A DNA stretch of 64,000 nt, taken from an uncultured archaeon. GTDB taxonomy: Archaea; Thermoplasmatota; Thermoplasmata; Thermoplasmatales; Thermoplasmataceae. Where the stretch lies: contig CP009479.1 of assembly GCA_000965745.1 (NCBI GenBank), positions 1,056,001 to 1,120,000 of the forward strand, given 5' to 3'. Below, piece after piece: positions 20,552-30,659 of the stretch. Position numbers and translations under genes: made by a program. The notes under the pieces are model-generated. The model ran no database searches. It saw only the letters and a program-made list of their open reading frames with translations, and was not told where the DNA came from. Position 1 is the stretch's first letter; the number at the start of each line of letters is the position of its first letter.

Positions 20552-21559
20552 CTAAAAGCGGCTGATTATCCTCGTTCCCGCCGGATCGAACTTTATTCTT
20601 ATCACAAACTTTGACCACTGCAGCATTTTCTTCTGAAGTTCGGAAATCATCTCTTCCTTTGAAACAATAAGAAGAAACCCCTGCGAGCCCCCGCCCATAA
20701 GCTTCGCCCCCTGGGCGCCATTATCAAGGGCATTCCTGATGATCCGGTCTATCTTGTTGTTAGTTACATTGGTCCCCAGTTTTTTCTTTATATCCCAACC
20801 TTCATTTATGTCTTCAATGAATTTATCCATATCCTCGTTTATCACAGACTTGCGCATGTTCTCTGCAAGGTCCCTGAGAACCACAAGGTTCGACAGAACG
20901 TCCTGATCATTCCTGCTTGCCTTCTGAACCTGCTCCATCAGGACATCGGAACTCTCCCTGGTCTCTCCCGTGTATACAAGAAGTATGCGTGATTCCAGGT
21001 TCCTGACAAATGAATCCTGGTTCCTGATCGAGTAGTTGTCAACCCCGTCCTTCCTGAACTTCATGAACTTGAAGCCGCCGAGGGAAATGGCGTATGGGTC
21101 CTGTTTTCCCAGTGTAACACCAAACTTGTTTTTCTCCGTCTCAAAGGCCTCTGAAGCAATCTCCATTTCACTCCTATCCTTGCCTCTCAGCTCATAGATC
21201 AGTTTCAGGACAGCGGTAGTCAGTGCGCTTGATGAACCGAGGCCTGATCCGGGAGGCACATCGCTGTTGATGATCACCCTTCCCGTTCTGATTTCATTCG
21301 TGTCAAAGAGGTCCATAAGTTTTTCGAGCACATTGCCAGGCTTCCGGCCTGAGGAGAGTATGTAACTGCTAACAAAATCCCTGGATGAAATCTCCAGAGG
21401 ATACCGATCCTCTTTGTAGGTAACTGTGACGCCTCTGTCAATCGTTGTGTTTATGACTGCGCCTCCGTGGGTCTCCGGAAAAGGTGAGATGTCAGTCCCG
21501 CCTCCTCCAAAACTTATTCTCAAAGGGCTGTAAGATACTACCGGCTTAATTCCAACCAT
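20552..21559 (-). CDS. GHMP sugar kinase (HddA heptose-7-phosphate kinase-like)
   Basis: PLRISFGGGGTD, PPGSGLGSS, GKQD, GAKLMGGG; ATG 21559 directly follows GGGAG. Confidence 0.88.
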   Translation of the reverse strand: MVGIKPVVSYSPLRISFGGGGTDISPFPETHGGAVINTTIDRGVTVTYKEDRYPLEISSRDFVSSYILSSGRKPGNVLEKLMDLFDTNEIRTGRVIINSDVPPGSGLGSSSALTTAVLKLIYELRGKDRSEMEIASEAFETEKNKFGVTLGKQDPYAISLGGFKFMKFRKDGVDNYSIRNQDSFVRNLESRILLVYTGETRESSDVLMEQVQKASRNDQDVLSNLVVLRDLAENMRKSVINEDMDKFIEDINEGWDIKKKLGTNVTNNKIDRIIRNALDNGAQGAKLMGGGSQGFLLIVSKEEMISELQKKMLQWSKFVIRIKFDPAGTRIISRF

Positions 21560-21561
21560 CT

Positions 21562-21652
21562 CCCGACGGACAGTACACCGTGGCTGTTTCTGCATAGCGT
21601 TTGGCCACGGATCTAATCCCGTTCGCCCACGGGTTAAACCTCGCCGTCTCAT
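21562..21652 (-). ncRNA. Candidate structured RNA or 5' leader (three-way junction); strand not certain
   Basis: Nested stems GACGG/CCGTC, CCGTGGC/GCCACGG and CCCGT/ACGGG; GC-rich; TATA-like TTTAATAAA at 21679-21671 on the minus strand. Confidence 0.45.
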
Positions 21653-21762
21653 AACTTAATCTTTAACTTATTTATTAAACACTGCGATTGGCCGGCCGCT
21701 GTTTTAATCAGATGTTGCGGTGGCCTACTAACGCATTTATACTATCTGAATATTAAAGATAA

Positions 21763-22305
21763 ATGACAGGTGAAGGAAGTTTCTGGCATTCTGTCCCAAC
21801 GGGCCCAAACCCACCTGAGGAACTTTATGTGGTTATTGAGACACCGAAGGGAAGCAAGAACAAGTATGAGATATCAAAGGATTTTCCGGGAATGATGCTT
21901 GACAGGGTCCTGCATTCGTCAGTAATGTACCCCATAGACTACGGACTTATCCCTAGGACATACTATCTTGACGGAGACCCTCTGGACGCCATGGTTCTCG
22001 TATCGCAGAAGACCTATCCCGGAATCGTGATTGAAGCCAGGCCCATCGCGATGATGGAAATGATCGACCAGGGCGATCTGGACAACAAGATTCTTACAGT
22101 GGCAAAGGGAGACCCTATGTTCAGGGATATAGAATCCATGGATCAGCTTCCAAAACACCTTCTAAACGAGATTTCCAACTTCTTCGAGACCTATAAGATA
22201 CTTGAAAAGAAGAAGACGGAAGTGAACGGCTGGAAAGGAAAGAATGAAGCCGTGGATGAGATTAAAAAATCTATAGGGCTATACAACGACAAGTTCAAGA
22301 AATGA
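21763..22305 (+). CDS. ppa: Inorganic pyrophosphatase (family I)
   Basis: [36 protein letters not shown] motifs. Confidence 0.96.
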   Translation: MTGEGSFWHSVPTGPNPPEELYVVIETPKGSKNKYEISKDFPGMMLDRVLHSSVMYPIDYGLIPRTYYLDGDPLDAMVLVSQKTYPGIVIEARPIAMMEMIDQGDLDNKILTVAKGDPMFRDIESMDQLPKHLLNEISNFFETYKILEKKKTEVNGWKGKNEAVDEIKKSIGLYNDKFKK

Positions 22306-22320
22306 TCCTCTGGTGATGCC

Positions 22321-22656
22321 ATGTCAGAAGTCGTCATACCCGTCGGCAAGGGCAGGGTGCGGATAAAAAAGAATGTTTCAAAGGAAGCGGTGAAAGGAAA
22401 ATACGTGGTTATGAGAAGCACTGCAAGAACCGGCCCCTGCAACGACGACCTCTGCCAGATCATCAGGGGAGTGAAAATATCTCTGGAAGTTCCAGGTGAG
22501 GACGAAGACGAACTCTCCATTTTTGCCGGTGAAGGCCTGTTCCTGGCAATCGACAAATCGATTGTGAATTCCATAGACAAGGGGAGGCAGGATATCACTG
22601 TGGGGTTGGGCCTCACAGGGAGACCCTACATCAAAGGATTAAATTACGCAGATTGA
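22321..22656 (+). CDS. Hypothetical protein
   Basis: GGTGA Shine-Dalgarno before the ATG; host-like codon usage; cotranscribed with ppa. Confidence 0.7.
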   Translation: MSEVVIPVGKGRVRIKKNVSKEAVKGKYVVMRSTARTGPCNDDLCQIIRGVKISLEVPGEDEDELSIFAGEGLFLAIDKSIVNSIDKGRQDITVGLGLTGRPYIKGLNYAD

Positions 22657-22714
22657 ATTCACCTTTCCTGATCGAGGTCAAGAGGTTGGTGTCTTAATAC
22701 GCTTCATAATTCCA

Positions 22715-23949
22715 ATGGATCGCCCATTTTCGGAAACAGGATATTCTGGACGGTATCCGTAGCATCCTCTATAAGGTCAATCGGTTTCGGGGCAACCTGG
22801 CCCTACATGGCCATATATTTCAAGCAGGAGCTTGGACTTCCTACCATTGAGGTTGGAATAATATTCACCCTTCTCTCAGGGACATCAGTTCTTTTCAGCA
22901 TAGTAGGAGGGGCACTGGCGGATTATATCGGCAGAAGAAAAACCCTTCTTGTTGGAAGCCTCGGGGGATTTTTCGTCTACGCAGGTATAGTTGCGTTCAT
23001 CTCTTTTCATAAGCCTGATCTCTGGATTATAGCCGCATTCATTTTCTCATCATTTTCAGGCTCCCTTGTTTTCCCTTCTGCGTCCGCACTCGTTTCCGAT
23101 GTCACTTCTGAGAGCGAAAGGTTCACTGCATTCAGCATTTACAGGATTCTCAGCAATGTGGGATGGGCTATTGGCCCACTCATAGGCGCATACATATACG
23201 GCACAGGAGTTGAATTCGTATTCCTCTTCGTGGCGATATCAAGCGTGGTGCAGTTCGTGATCGTCCTTGTACTGGTTAGTGAAAAAGCGATCCCCAACAG
23301 GTGGACTGAGCAGAACAAGGGCAAGAAATTCAACATCCTGTCCTTTGACAGGTACCTTATATTCTTCGGGGCAGGGACCTTCCTGATAACAGTGGTTGCT
23401 TCGCAGTTCTCCGTGACACTTCCCACCTACTCGGTTATCCATGTGGGGTTGAGTGCATCAGATCTCGGTTATATCTACGCTGTGAATGGTGCAGTTGTAG
23501 TTCTTGGGCAGTACCCCATGACCACTTTCATGCGGCGCTTTTCAGACATAACAACAATGGCACTTGGAGCAGTCCTTTATAGCATCGGGTATTTTCTTGT
23601 GGGTTTCTCGAACTCGCTTCCCCTCCTGATGCTGGACATGGTCATAATCACTGCAGGGGAGAATCTGACGTCTCCGGGGATAAACACAATAGTCTCTAAG
23701 ATTGCGCCAAGGGACAGAACTGCAAGGTACATGGGGTTCATAGGAATGCTGAATTCCACTGGCAGGGCACTTGGGCCATCCGTGGGAACAATCTTCCTTT
23801 CGATATACCTGTTCGAGGGGGTAAAAACCTGGGCCTCAATATCTATGTTCGGAGCTGCAGCGGTGTTCATACTGCTGATATTCGGAAGGGTCCCCTATAT
23901 AAGGGCCAAAATAGGGGCACAGAAAAAGGCACTGCCTTCTAGAAGTTGA
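22715..23949 (+). CDS. MFS transporter; 5' end apparently frameshifted (intact ORF from ATG 22807)
   Basis: GGALADYIGRR motif A and 12-TM pattern; TM1 lies in frame upstream of 22807, and ATG 22715 is one base out of frame. Confidence 0.8.
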
Positions 23950-24790
23950 GCGAAAGAACAATTGAGGCAAGAAAAATTATTCCGATGAATGAGTTCGCCC
24001 CAAGGAAGGACATTCTGATTGTCCGGGGGTCATCGGGGTTTATGATGTAATGCTGGTAGATTATCAGTGCCAGTATTATGGCCAGCGCGACGGCATAGTA
24101 TATCGTGCTGAAGTAGAATATGAGAAGGGCGAGTGCCGCGAACGTTACCACGTGTGTTGCGACAGAAATCCTGAGGCCCGTTTTTACGGGATATTCAGTC
24201 ATGACGGTCTTCAGGTTGTTTTTCCTGTCGAATTCAATATCCGGAATCACGTATATCATGTCAAAACCCGCGATCCAGAGTGAAGACGCGATAAATATCA
24301 GGTATATCTGGGGGTCGGTCGGGAAAACAGGTGTCACTGCCAGGTAACCTGCCAGTACGCCCACACCTATGGTCGTACCCATGTAGATGTGCCTCCATCT
24401 CGTGACCTTTTTCATGAAAGGGTCAGTAACGAAGAGGAAGAGTACGACGGGGGAGAGCATAAGAACCAGAGTATTCAGAAGATACGCCGAGACTTCAAAA
24501 ATTACCACGAAAACCGCTGTCAGCAAGAGGGCAGTGCTGGTTGACATCGATCCCCTTACCAGGCTCCACTCCCTTTTCCTCGGGTTGGTAACGTCATACT
24601 TTTTTCCCTCAATCCTGTTTATGGACATCGCAGCGGCCCGTGCTGTGGTGGTCGCCACAAGTATCATGAGAAACTTGAACCAGTCATAGTGTGTCCCTGA
24701 TGCTATAACTGCCCCGCTGAATACGAACGGAAGATCGAATACCGTGTGCTCGAGCTTAATGTAGTCAACTATCTCTCTGAAAGTTACCAT
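23939..24790 (-). CDS. UbiA-family prenyltransferase (MqnP-like)
   Basis: IKLEHTVFDLPF, NRIEGKKYDVTNPR, GFDMIYVIPDIEFD motifs. Confidence 0.88.
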   Translation of the reverse strand: MVTFREIVDYIKLEHTVFDLPFVFSGAVIASGTHYDWFKFLMILVATTTARAAAMSINRIEGKKYDVTNPRKREWSLVRGSMSTSTALLLTAVFVVIFEVSAYLLNTLVLMLSPVVLFLFVTDPFMKKVTRWRHIYMGTTIGVGVLAGYLAVTPVFPTDPQIYLIFIASSLWIAGFDMIYVIPDIEFDRKNNLKTVMTEYPVKTGLRISVATHVVTFAALALLIFYFSTIYYAVALAIILALIIYQHYIINPDDPRTIRMSFLGANSFIGIIFLASIVLSLNF

Positions 24791-26226
24791 AGTCCCAGTT
24801 TTTTCCCTTTGTCTGCAACAGTCTTCCGCACTTCATCGTCCATCTCGAGTACGTCTGGCCATTTCCGGTTGTACCCTTCACTCTCACCCTTCCTTGTCGC
24901 GTCAATGCCCAGTTTGGAACCGTAGTTGAATAGCATTGATGGATGATCCAGGCTATCTGTTACGGTTCCCGGGACGACGAAAACATCCCTCTGTGGATCT
25001 ATCCTTGTTGAGAGTGCCCAGATAACCTGCTTCCTGTCATGAATGTCGATGTTGTCATCCACAACAACAATGATCTTTGAAAACATCAGCTGTCCCAGCC
25101 CCCAGAGGGCAAACATGACCTTCTTTGCCTGCCCGGGGTATCTCTTTTTTATGGATACCACAACCATGTTGTGGAACACAGATTCCTCCATGGTGTTTAT
25201 GTCAACAACCTCCGGGATCTGAAGCTGGATAAGCGGCAGGAATATCCTTTCAATCGCTTTGCCCATTACTACATCTTCATGCCACAGCTTGCCAACAATT
25301 GTTGTCGGGTAAATCGGATTCTTCTTCTCAATGATCTTCCTGATATGGAAAACAGGAAACTCCTCTTCAAGTGAATAGTATCCTGTGTGATCCCCGAACG
25401 GCCCCTCCATCCTTGTTTCCTGCGGGTCCACATAGCCTTCCAGGACAATCTCTGAGTTTTTGGGGTATTCTAGATCCACCGTGTCGCCCCTGACAAGATC
25501 GAACCTCTTCTTCGCCAGCAGGCCCCTGAAGGAAAATTCGTCTATCCCGTCAGGCAGGGGTGCAACTGATGAGAAGATGCTCAAAGGGTCACTACCGAGC
25601 ACGACTGCAACGTCCATGGGCTCCTTCCTCCCCCTGCTTTCAGCCGCATGGCCTGCACCTCCTTTATGAATCTGCCAGTGCATTCCAGTAGTCTCAGAGT
25701 CCAGAACCTGCATTCTGTACATCCCCATATTCTTCTGTCCGGTAACAGGGTCTCTAGTTATGACCAGAGGCATTGTAATGTACCTGCCAGCGTCCATTGG
25801 CCACGTTCTGGGTATCGGGTACCTGTCCAGATCGACCTTTTCCAGGGTGTGGTGCGAACTGCCAAAGCTTCCTGACACTTTTGGCCTTATTCCACCAAGT
25901 TCCTTGAGCATCTCCATTCCCCTGGAGATCATGGACTCAGTGTTGTCTGGAACCCTCACCAGGTTCTTCATTCTTCTTCCTACCTCAATTGCGTCTCCGC
26001 CAAGGACGGCGTTCATTTTCTCTCCTGTTGAAAAGAGGTTACCCACACAGGGTATTTCTGATCCTTCTACATTCTGGAAGAGAAGAGCCCTGCCCTTTCC
26101 AACCCTCTCCTCTTCACTGAGAAGGTAAGTCAACTCAAGATCGGGGTCCACAGAATCCTCTATCCTGACGAGATCTTTGTTTTTACCGAGAAAATCCAGA
26201 TATTCGTGAAGGTCCTCAAAGACCAT
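24784..26226 (-). CDS. UbiD-family (de)carboxylase (menaquinone pathway, MqnL-like)
   Basis: NMGMYRMQ, EGPFGDHTGYY, KIIVVVDD, GSKLGIDAT; overlaps the UbiA-like gene. Confidence 0.92.
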   Translation of the reverse strand: MVFEDLHEYLDFLGKNKDLVRIEDSVDPDLELTYLLSEEERVGKGRALLFQNVEGSEIPCVGNLFSTGEKMNAVLGGDAIEVGRRMKNLVRVPDNTESMISRGMEMLKELGGIRPKVSGSFGSSHHTLEKVDLDRYPIPRTWPMDAGRYITMPLVITRDPVTGQKNMGMYRMQVLDSETTGMHWQIHKGGAGHAAESRGRKEPMDVAVVLGSDPLSIFSSVAPLPDGIDEFSFRGLLAKKRFDLVRGDTVDLEYPKNSEIVLEGYVDPQETRMEGPFGDHTGYYSLEEEFPVFHIRKIIEKKNPIYPTTIVGKLWHEDVVMGKAIERIFLPLIQLQIPEVVDINTMEESVFHNMVVVSIKKRYPGQAKKVMFALWGLGQLMFSKIIVVVDDNIDIHDRKQVIWALSTRIDPQRDVFVVPGTVTDSLDHPSMLFNYGSKLGIDATRKGESEGYNRKWPDVLEMDDEVRKTVADKGKKLGLW

Positions 26227-26363
26227 GGGAATCACACATCTCTTTATCGGATATCATAGTTTTGTGCACAACGCCAGCTTCAATGCCCGACAACATCACA
26301 ATAATGGGACTAATTAAAATAAAATATTTATAAAACACTCCTAATTTCTTATACGCCTTTTAG

Positions 26364-29045
26364 TCAGTCCTGAAGCTCCTTTTCAGGAATTATCGCAGCC
26401 CTTGCTGCTGCAAGCCTTGCGACAGGTATTCTGAACGGTGATGCTGAAACGTAGTCCAGGCCTATTTCATGGCAGAACTCGATGGTTTCAGGATCTCCTC
26501 CCTGCTCACCGCATATGCCTATCTCAAGCTTCCTGTTTGTCTTCCTTCCCTTCTGGACTGCCATCTTCATGAGCTCTCCCACACCATTCCTGTCAACAGT
26601 AGTGAAAGGATCATTCTGCAGCACTCCCTCTTCAAGGTATTTGGCCATGAATTTCCCTTCTGCATCGTCCCTGCTGTACCCGAACGTCATCTGGGTAAGA
26701 TCGTTCGTTCCGAAGGAGAAGAAGTCTGCTGTCTCCGCAATCTGGTCTGCAGTGACACAGGCACGTGGTATCTCGATCATGGTGCCGAACTTGTACTCTA
26801 TTTCCTGCTCATCAAGTGCCTTTTCGGCCACAGTCTCAAGTCTCTCCCTGAGTTTGCTGAGCTCGTTCTTGTGGCCTACGAGCGGGATCATGATTTCCGG
26901 GTATATCTTCTTTCCTTCCCTTATCACCCTGCTGGCGGCCTTGATGATTGCTGTAACCTGCATCTCGTAAATTTCCGGGTAGCTCAGGCCCAGCCTGCAT
27001 CCCCTGAAACCAAGCATTGGGTTGAATTCTTCAAGGTTCTTTATCGTCCTCAGCATCTTGTTGAGCTCTTCAAGCCTGTTTACAAGCCTGTCCAGCTCCC
27101 TCACTTCCTTTGCTGCTGAAAGCTTGAATTTTATGTCGAATATTTCTCTCATGACCTCTTCCTTGTCCGGAAGGAATTCGTGAAGAGGGGGATCGAGGAG
27201 CCTGATGATAACAGGGTATCCTTCCATAGTCCTGAAGAACTCGGTGAAATCAGAGATCTGCATTGGCAGAAGCTGGTTCAGGTAGAACCTTCTCTCAGAT
27301 TCTGTAAGGCTCATGATCATGGCCCTCATAATAGGAATCCTGTCTGTGCCGAGGAACATCCTTTCAGTCCTTGCCAGGCCGATCCCCTCAGCTCCATTTT
27401 CCCTTGCGAGCTTCGCCTCTTCGGGAGTGTTGGCGTTTGCCCTTACCCCGAGCTTCCTGACCTCATCTGCCCATTCCAGAAGCTCATTCGTCTGCTGCTC
27501 TATCCCCGGGACTTCGACTTCCATCTTTTTCAGGTAAAAGTTTCCAGAGGTCCCATCCACAGTTATAATGTCTCCCTCACGAAGTACTTCATCGCCTATT
27601 GTTACACACTCTTCCCTGATGTCAACCGTTATGGCCTCAGCCCCCACCACGGCGGGCTTGCCCATGGCTCTTGCAACCACTGCAGCATGGGATGTCATGC
27701 CACCTTTCTGAGTTAGAAACCCTTCAGAGACAGCCATTCCCCTGACATCATCGGCTGTCGTTTCAGGCCTTACGAGAATTATCCTCTTTCCCTGTTTCGT
27801 AAGCTCAACAGCCTTTTCTGACGTGAAAACTATGGATCCGACCGCTGCTCCCGGTGAAGCTGCAAGGCCTGTTCCGGCCGGGACTTCATCATCTTTCCTC
27901 TTTATCTGTGGATGCAGGAGCAGGTCGAGCGTCTGTGGAGTGATTCGTGTAAGCGCCTCCTCCCTGCTGATCAGCTTCTCCTTGACCATGTCCACAGCGA
28001 CCTTGACAGCCGCTCTGGCAGTCCTCTTTCCTGATCTCGTCTGGAGAAGGTAGAACACGCCTTTCTCGATGGTGAACTCTATGTCCTGCATGTCCTTGTA
28101 ATGCTTTTCAAGGACCTCTGCAGACTTGATCAGATCGCTGTAGGCGTCGGGCAGGCTTTTCTTCATGTCGTCAATGTGCTTTGGAGTCCTTATCCCTGCA
28201 ACCACATCCTCGCCCTGTGCATTTGGAAGGTACTCAGCGAAAAGCATCTTGTTGCCGGTGTTCGGGTCCCTGGTGAATGCCACACCGGTGGCCGAGTCGT
28301 TTCCCATGTTCCCGAATATCATCGAGACCACACTTACTGCTGTCCCGAGGTCCTCCGGTATCTTATGAATTTCCCTGTAGGTTTTTGCCCTTTCAGAGTT
28401 CCATGAATCAAATACAGCCTTGACCGAAAGCCTGAGCTGCTCTATGGGCTCCTGTGGAAATTTTTGCTTGTTCTTGCGGTACACGAGCTTGTATTCTTCA
28501 ATAACCTCACGCATCTCATCTGCTGTAAGATCAACATCTTCACGCTTCCTGTGCTTCTTCTTGATCTGGGTCATCGCACTGTCGAAGTCTGAGTACGGGA
28601 TACCAAGGACAACGACACCGAACATCTGGATAAGCCTCCTGTAAGAATCGTATGCAAATCTCTCATTGTCAGTGGATTCCCATAGCCCCTTCACTGTCTC
28701 ATCGTTGAGGCCGACATTCAGTATTGTATCCATCATCCCCGGCATGCTGATGGCAGCCCCCGACCTTACTGAAACCAGCAGCGGGTTCTTCTTGTCCCCA
28801 AATTTCTTTCCCGTCTCTTCCTCGATCTTGTTCAAATGTTCAATAGCCTGCTCCCACATCCCTTCCGGGAAGTCACGGTTGTCAAGAAAATCAATGCAGG
28901 CAGCTGTACTTATGGTGAATCCCGGAGGCACATTAAGGCCAAGGTTCTTCATTTCCGCAAGGCCGGCACCCTTGCCTCCCAGGAGATCACGCATGTCCTT
29001 GCTTCCTTCTTCAAAGAGATAAACGTATTTTACAGCGCTTTTCAC
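26364..29045 (-). CDS. ppdK: Pyruvate, phosphate dikinase
   Basis: LGGKGAGL, VSVRSGAAISMPGMMDT, GGMTSHAAVVAR, GTMIEIPRA, FSFGTNDLTQ, GICGE motifs. Confidence 0.97.
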   Translation of the reverse strand: MKSAVKYVYLFEEGSKDMRDLLGGKGAGLAEMKNLGLNVPPGFTISTAACIDFLDNRDFPEGMWEQAIEHLNKIEEETGKKFGDKKNPLLVSVRSGAAISMPGMMDTILNVGLNDETVKGLWESTDNERFAYDSYRRLIQMFGVVVLGIPYSDFDSAMTQIKKKHRKREDVDLTADEMREVIEEYKLVYRKNKQKFPQEPIEQLRLSVKAVFDSWNSERAKTYREIHKIPEDLGTAVSVVSMIFGNMGNDSATGVAFTRDPNTGNKMLFAEYLPNAQGEDVVAGIRTPKHIDDMKKSLPDAYSDLIKSAEVLEKHYKDMQDIEFTIEKGVFYLLQTRSGKRTARAAVKVAVDMVKEKLISREEALTRITPQTLDLLLHPQIKRKDDEVPAGTGLAASPGAAVGSIVFTSEKAVELTKQGKRIILVRPETTADDVRGMAVSEGFLTQKGGMTSHAAVVARAMGKPAVVGAEAITVDIREECVTIGDEVLREGDIITVDGTSGNFYLKKMEVEVPGIEQQTNELLEWADEVRKLGVRANANTPEEAKLARENGAEGIGLARTERMFLGTDRIPIMRAMIMSLTESERRFYLNQLLPMQISDFTEFFRTMEGYPVIIRLLDPPLHEFLPDKEEVMREIFDIKFKLSAAKEVRELDRLVNRLEELNKMLRTIKNLEEFNPMLGFRGCRLGLSYPEIYEMQVTAIIKAASRVIREGKKIYPEIMIPLVGHKNELSKLRERLETVAEKALDEQEIEYKFGTMIEIPRACVTADQIAETADFFSFGTNDLTQMTFGYSRDDAEGKFMAKYLEEGVLQNDPFTTVDRNGVGELMKMAVQKGRKTNRKLEIGICGEQGGDPETIEFCHEIGLDYVSASPFRIPVARLAAARAAIIPEKELQD

Positions 29046-29185
29046 ACACAATTATTGGTTCATGTTAAAAACTTTTTTCCTGAGTTTTCTCATATATTTT
29101 CGAAAATCTGGAAAAATACCACTAGCAGGTATGAAATTATGTTGAAATGATAATTTTTTGAACAAGAATTGAATAAAGTATTAAT

Positions 29186-29902
29186 ATGGAGAGAACATTC
29201 AGGCGAACTTCCTTTGGCGACATTTCATATCTGCACAGGCCCGGCAAAACAAATCTGATATTTCTGCATGGCCTGGGTGGGTCATCAAACAACTGGATGA
29301 AGCTTCCGGAAAGCCTTGACAGCAGTTTTTCGCTATACTTCGTGGATCTGCTTGGTCACGGCCGGACTGATGCAGGAAACTGGGACTATTCCATTAAAGA
29401 TCAGTGCAGGATGCTTTCAGAATTCATCGGGAACCTTGGAATAGAAAATTATGGCCTTGTCGGAAATTCCTACGGCGGGTGGGTTTCAGCAACTTATGCA
29501 TCCAGGTTTGGAAACCCGGGATACCTTATCCTTGAGGACAGTGCGGGAATCAACCCCACAGTAGGGGAGTGGGAGAGGAGCAAGATCGAGGAGTTCATTG
29601 ACCGCCTTCAGTCTTTCGGGAGGGTCAATGACAGGGAGGTAATGGAGAAAATAATACTGAACAATTCAACCGGAAGGGAAAAGCTGTCCGAAGGCGACTT
29701 GAGGGCCATAAGATCAAAGACACTTGTCATATGGGGCGAGAAGGATAGGATGATCCCTGTCTCTTACGGCAGAAAAATGAGTGAACTCATCCCGGGAAGC
29801 AGCTTCGAATCGATCAGCACTGCGGGGCATATCCCGCACTACACACACTCAGAAGAGGTATCCCGCTTAATAAACAGATTCATCCTCGGCAAGGTAGTAT
29901 GA
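29186..29902 (+). CDS. Alpha/beta hydrolase
   Basis: FLHGLGG, DLLGHG, GNSYGG nucleophile elbow, WGEKD, AGH. Confidence 0.9.
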   Translation: MERTFRRTSFGDISYLHRPGKTNLIFLHGLGGSSNNWMKLPESLDSSFSLYFVDLLGHGRTDAGNWDYSIKDQCRMLSEFIGNLGIENYGLVGNSYGGWVSATYASRFGNPGYLILEDSAGINPTVGEWERSKIEEFIDRLQSFGRVNDREVMEKIILNNSTGREKLSEGDLRAIRSKTLVIWGEKDRMIPVSYGRKMSELIPGSSFESISTAGHIPHYTHSEEVSRLINRFILGKVV

Positions 29903-30652
29903 TCCAGGATCTTCGCCAAGGCGTTCCTCCCTCATGTCTCTGAGCCCGTCAATGTTGAGGGTCTCTGTTATCACATGTGCGTCTCCGTAGCTCTTTGTCT
30001 TCAACTTGGCCCCGAACATATACTTTCGGGGGACAGCAATCAAGGAATTTCCCAGGAATGGATCGGAAAGGGAATTTATGGAAACGAATGGAAGCCTGTT
30101 TTCAAGGGACCTTGCCTCAATGTATATTTTCCACATATCGTGGAAATCCTTGTGTATCAGGGCCGGATTCAGCATGAGCTCAGACCCTCTCATTGCTGCA
30201 AGCCTGGCGTAGTATGGAAAATCTGAATCATAGCATATCGCAACGCTGAATTTCAGATCTAAGTTTTCAAAAATCATGGCCCTGGTTCCTGAAGCATATG
30301 TTTCTTTCTCCCTGCTGAAAAGTGAGATCTTGTCCTGCCAGCCCAGCAGCTTCCCCTCTGAAATAACCGGGGAACTGTTGAAAAGACCATCTTCCCTCTT
30401 CACGGAAAAGCTCCCGGGAATTATTGTTGACCCTGTCTTTTCCGAGAATTCCCTGAAAAACAGCAAGATCTTGCCGAGCTCTTCCGAATCTGCATCAAGA
30501 GTGTCCGTTATCCATTTTTCCGGCATCACCACGAAATCTGGATCCTTACCAGTAAGATCCTCTGTAAACTCGTTAACAAGATACATCATGGCGTCATTCA
30601 GGCTTTTCCTCCTGGTCTGCAGGCCCACGATGCTAAGTGTGTCAGTCATCAT
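29867..30652 (-). CDS. Carbon-nitrogen hydrolase (nitrilase superfamily)
   Basis: Glu-Lys-Cys triad contexts VMPE, QDK and AICYD; RSLEN motif. Confidence 0.85.
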   Translation of the reverse strand: MMTDTLSIVGLQTRRKSLNDAMMYLVNEFTEDLTGKDPDFVVMPEKWITDTLDADSEELGKILLFFREFSEKTGSTIIPGSFSVKREDGLFNSSPVISEGKLLGWQDKISLFSREKETYASGTRAMIFENLDLKFSVAICYDSDFPYYARLAAMRGSELMLNPALIHKDFHDMWKIYIEARSLENRLPFVSINSLSDPFLGNSLIAVPRKYMFGAKLKTKSYGDAHVITETLNIDGLRDMREERLGEDPGSYYLAEDESVY

Positions 30653-30659
30653 TCCACTC

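Noticed and set aside
21562-21652. Fluoride or TPP riboswitch, HDV-like ribozyme, or RNase P RNA
   Set aside because: Only isolated words match (GGCGA, GGCGAACGGGA, CAGAAAC); the required order and pseudoknots are absent
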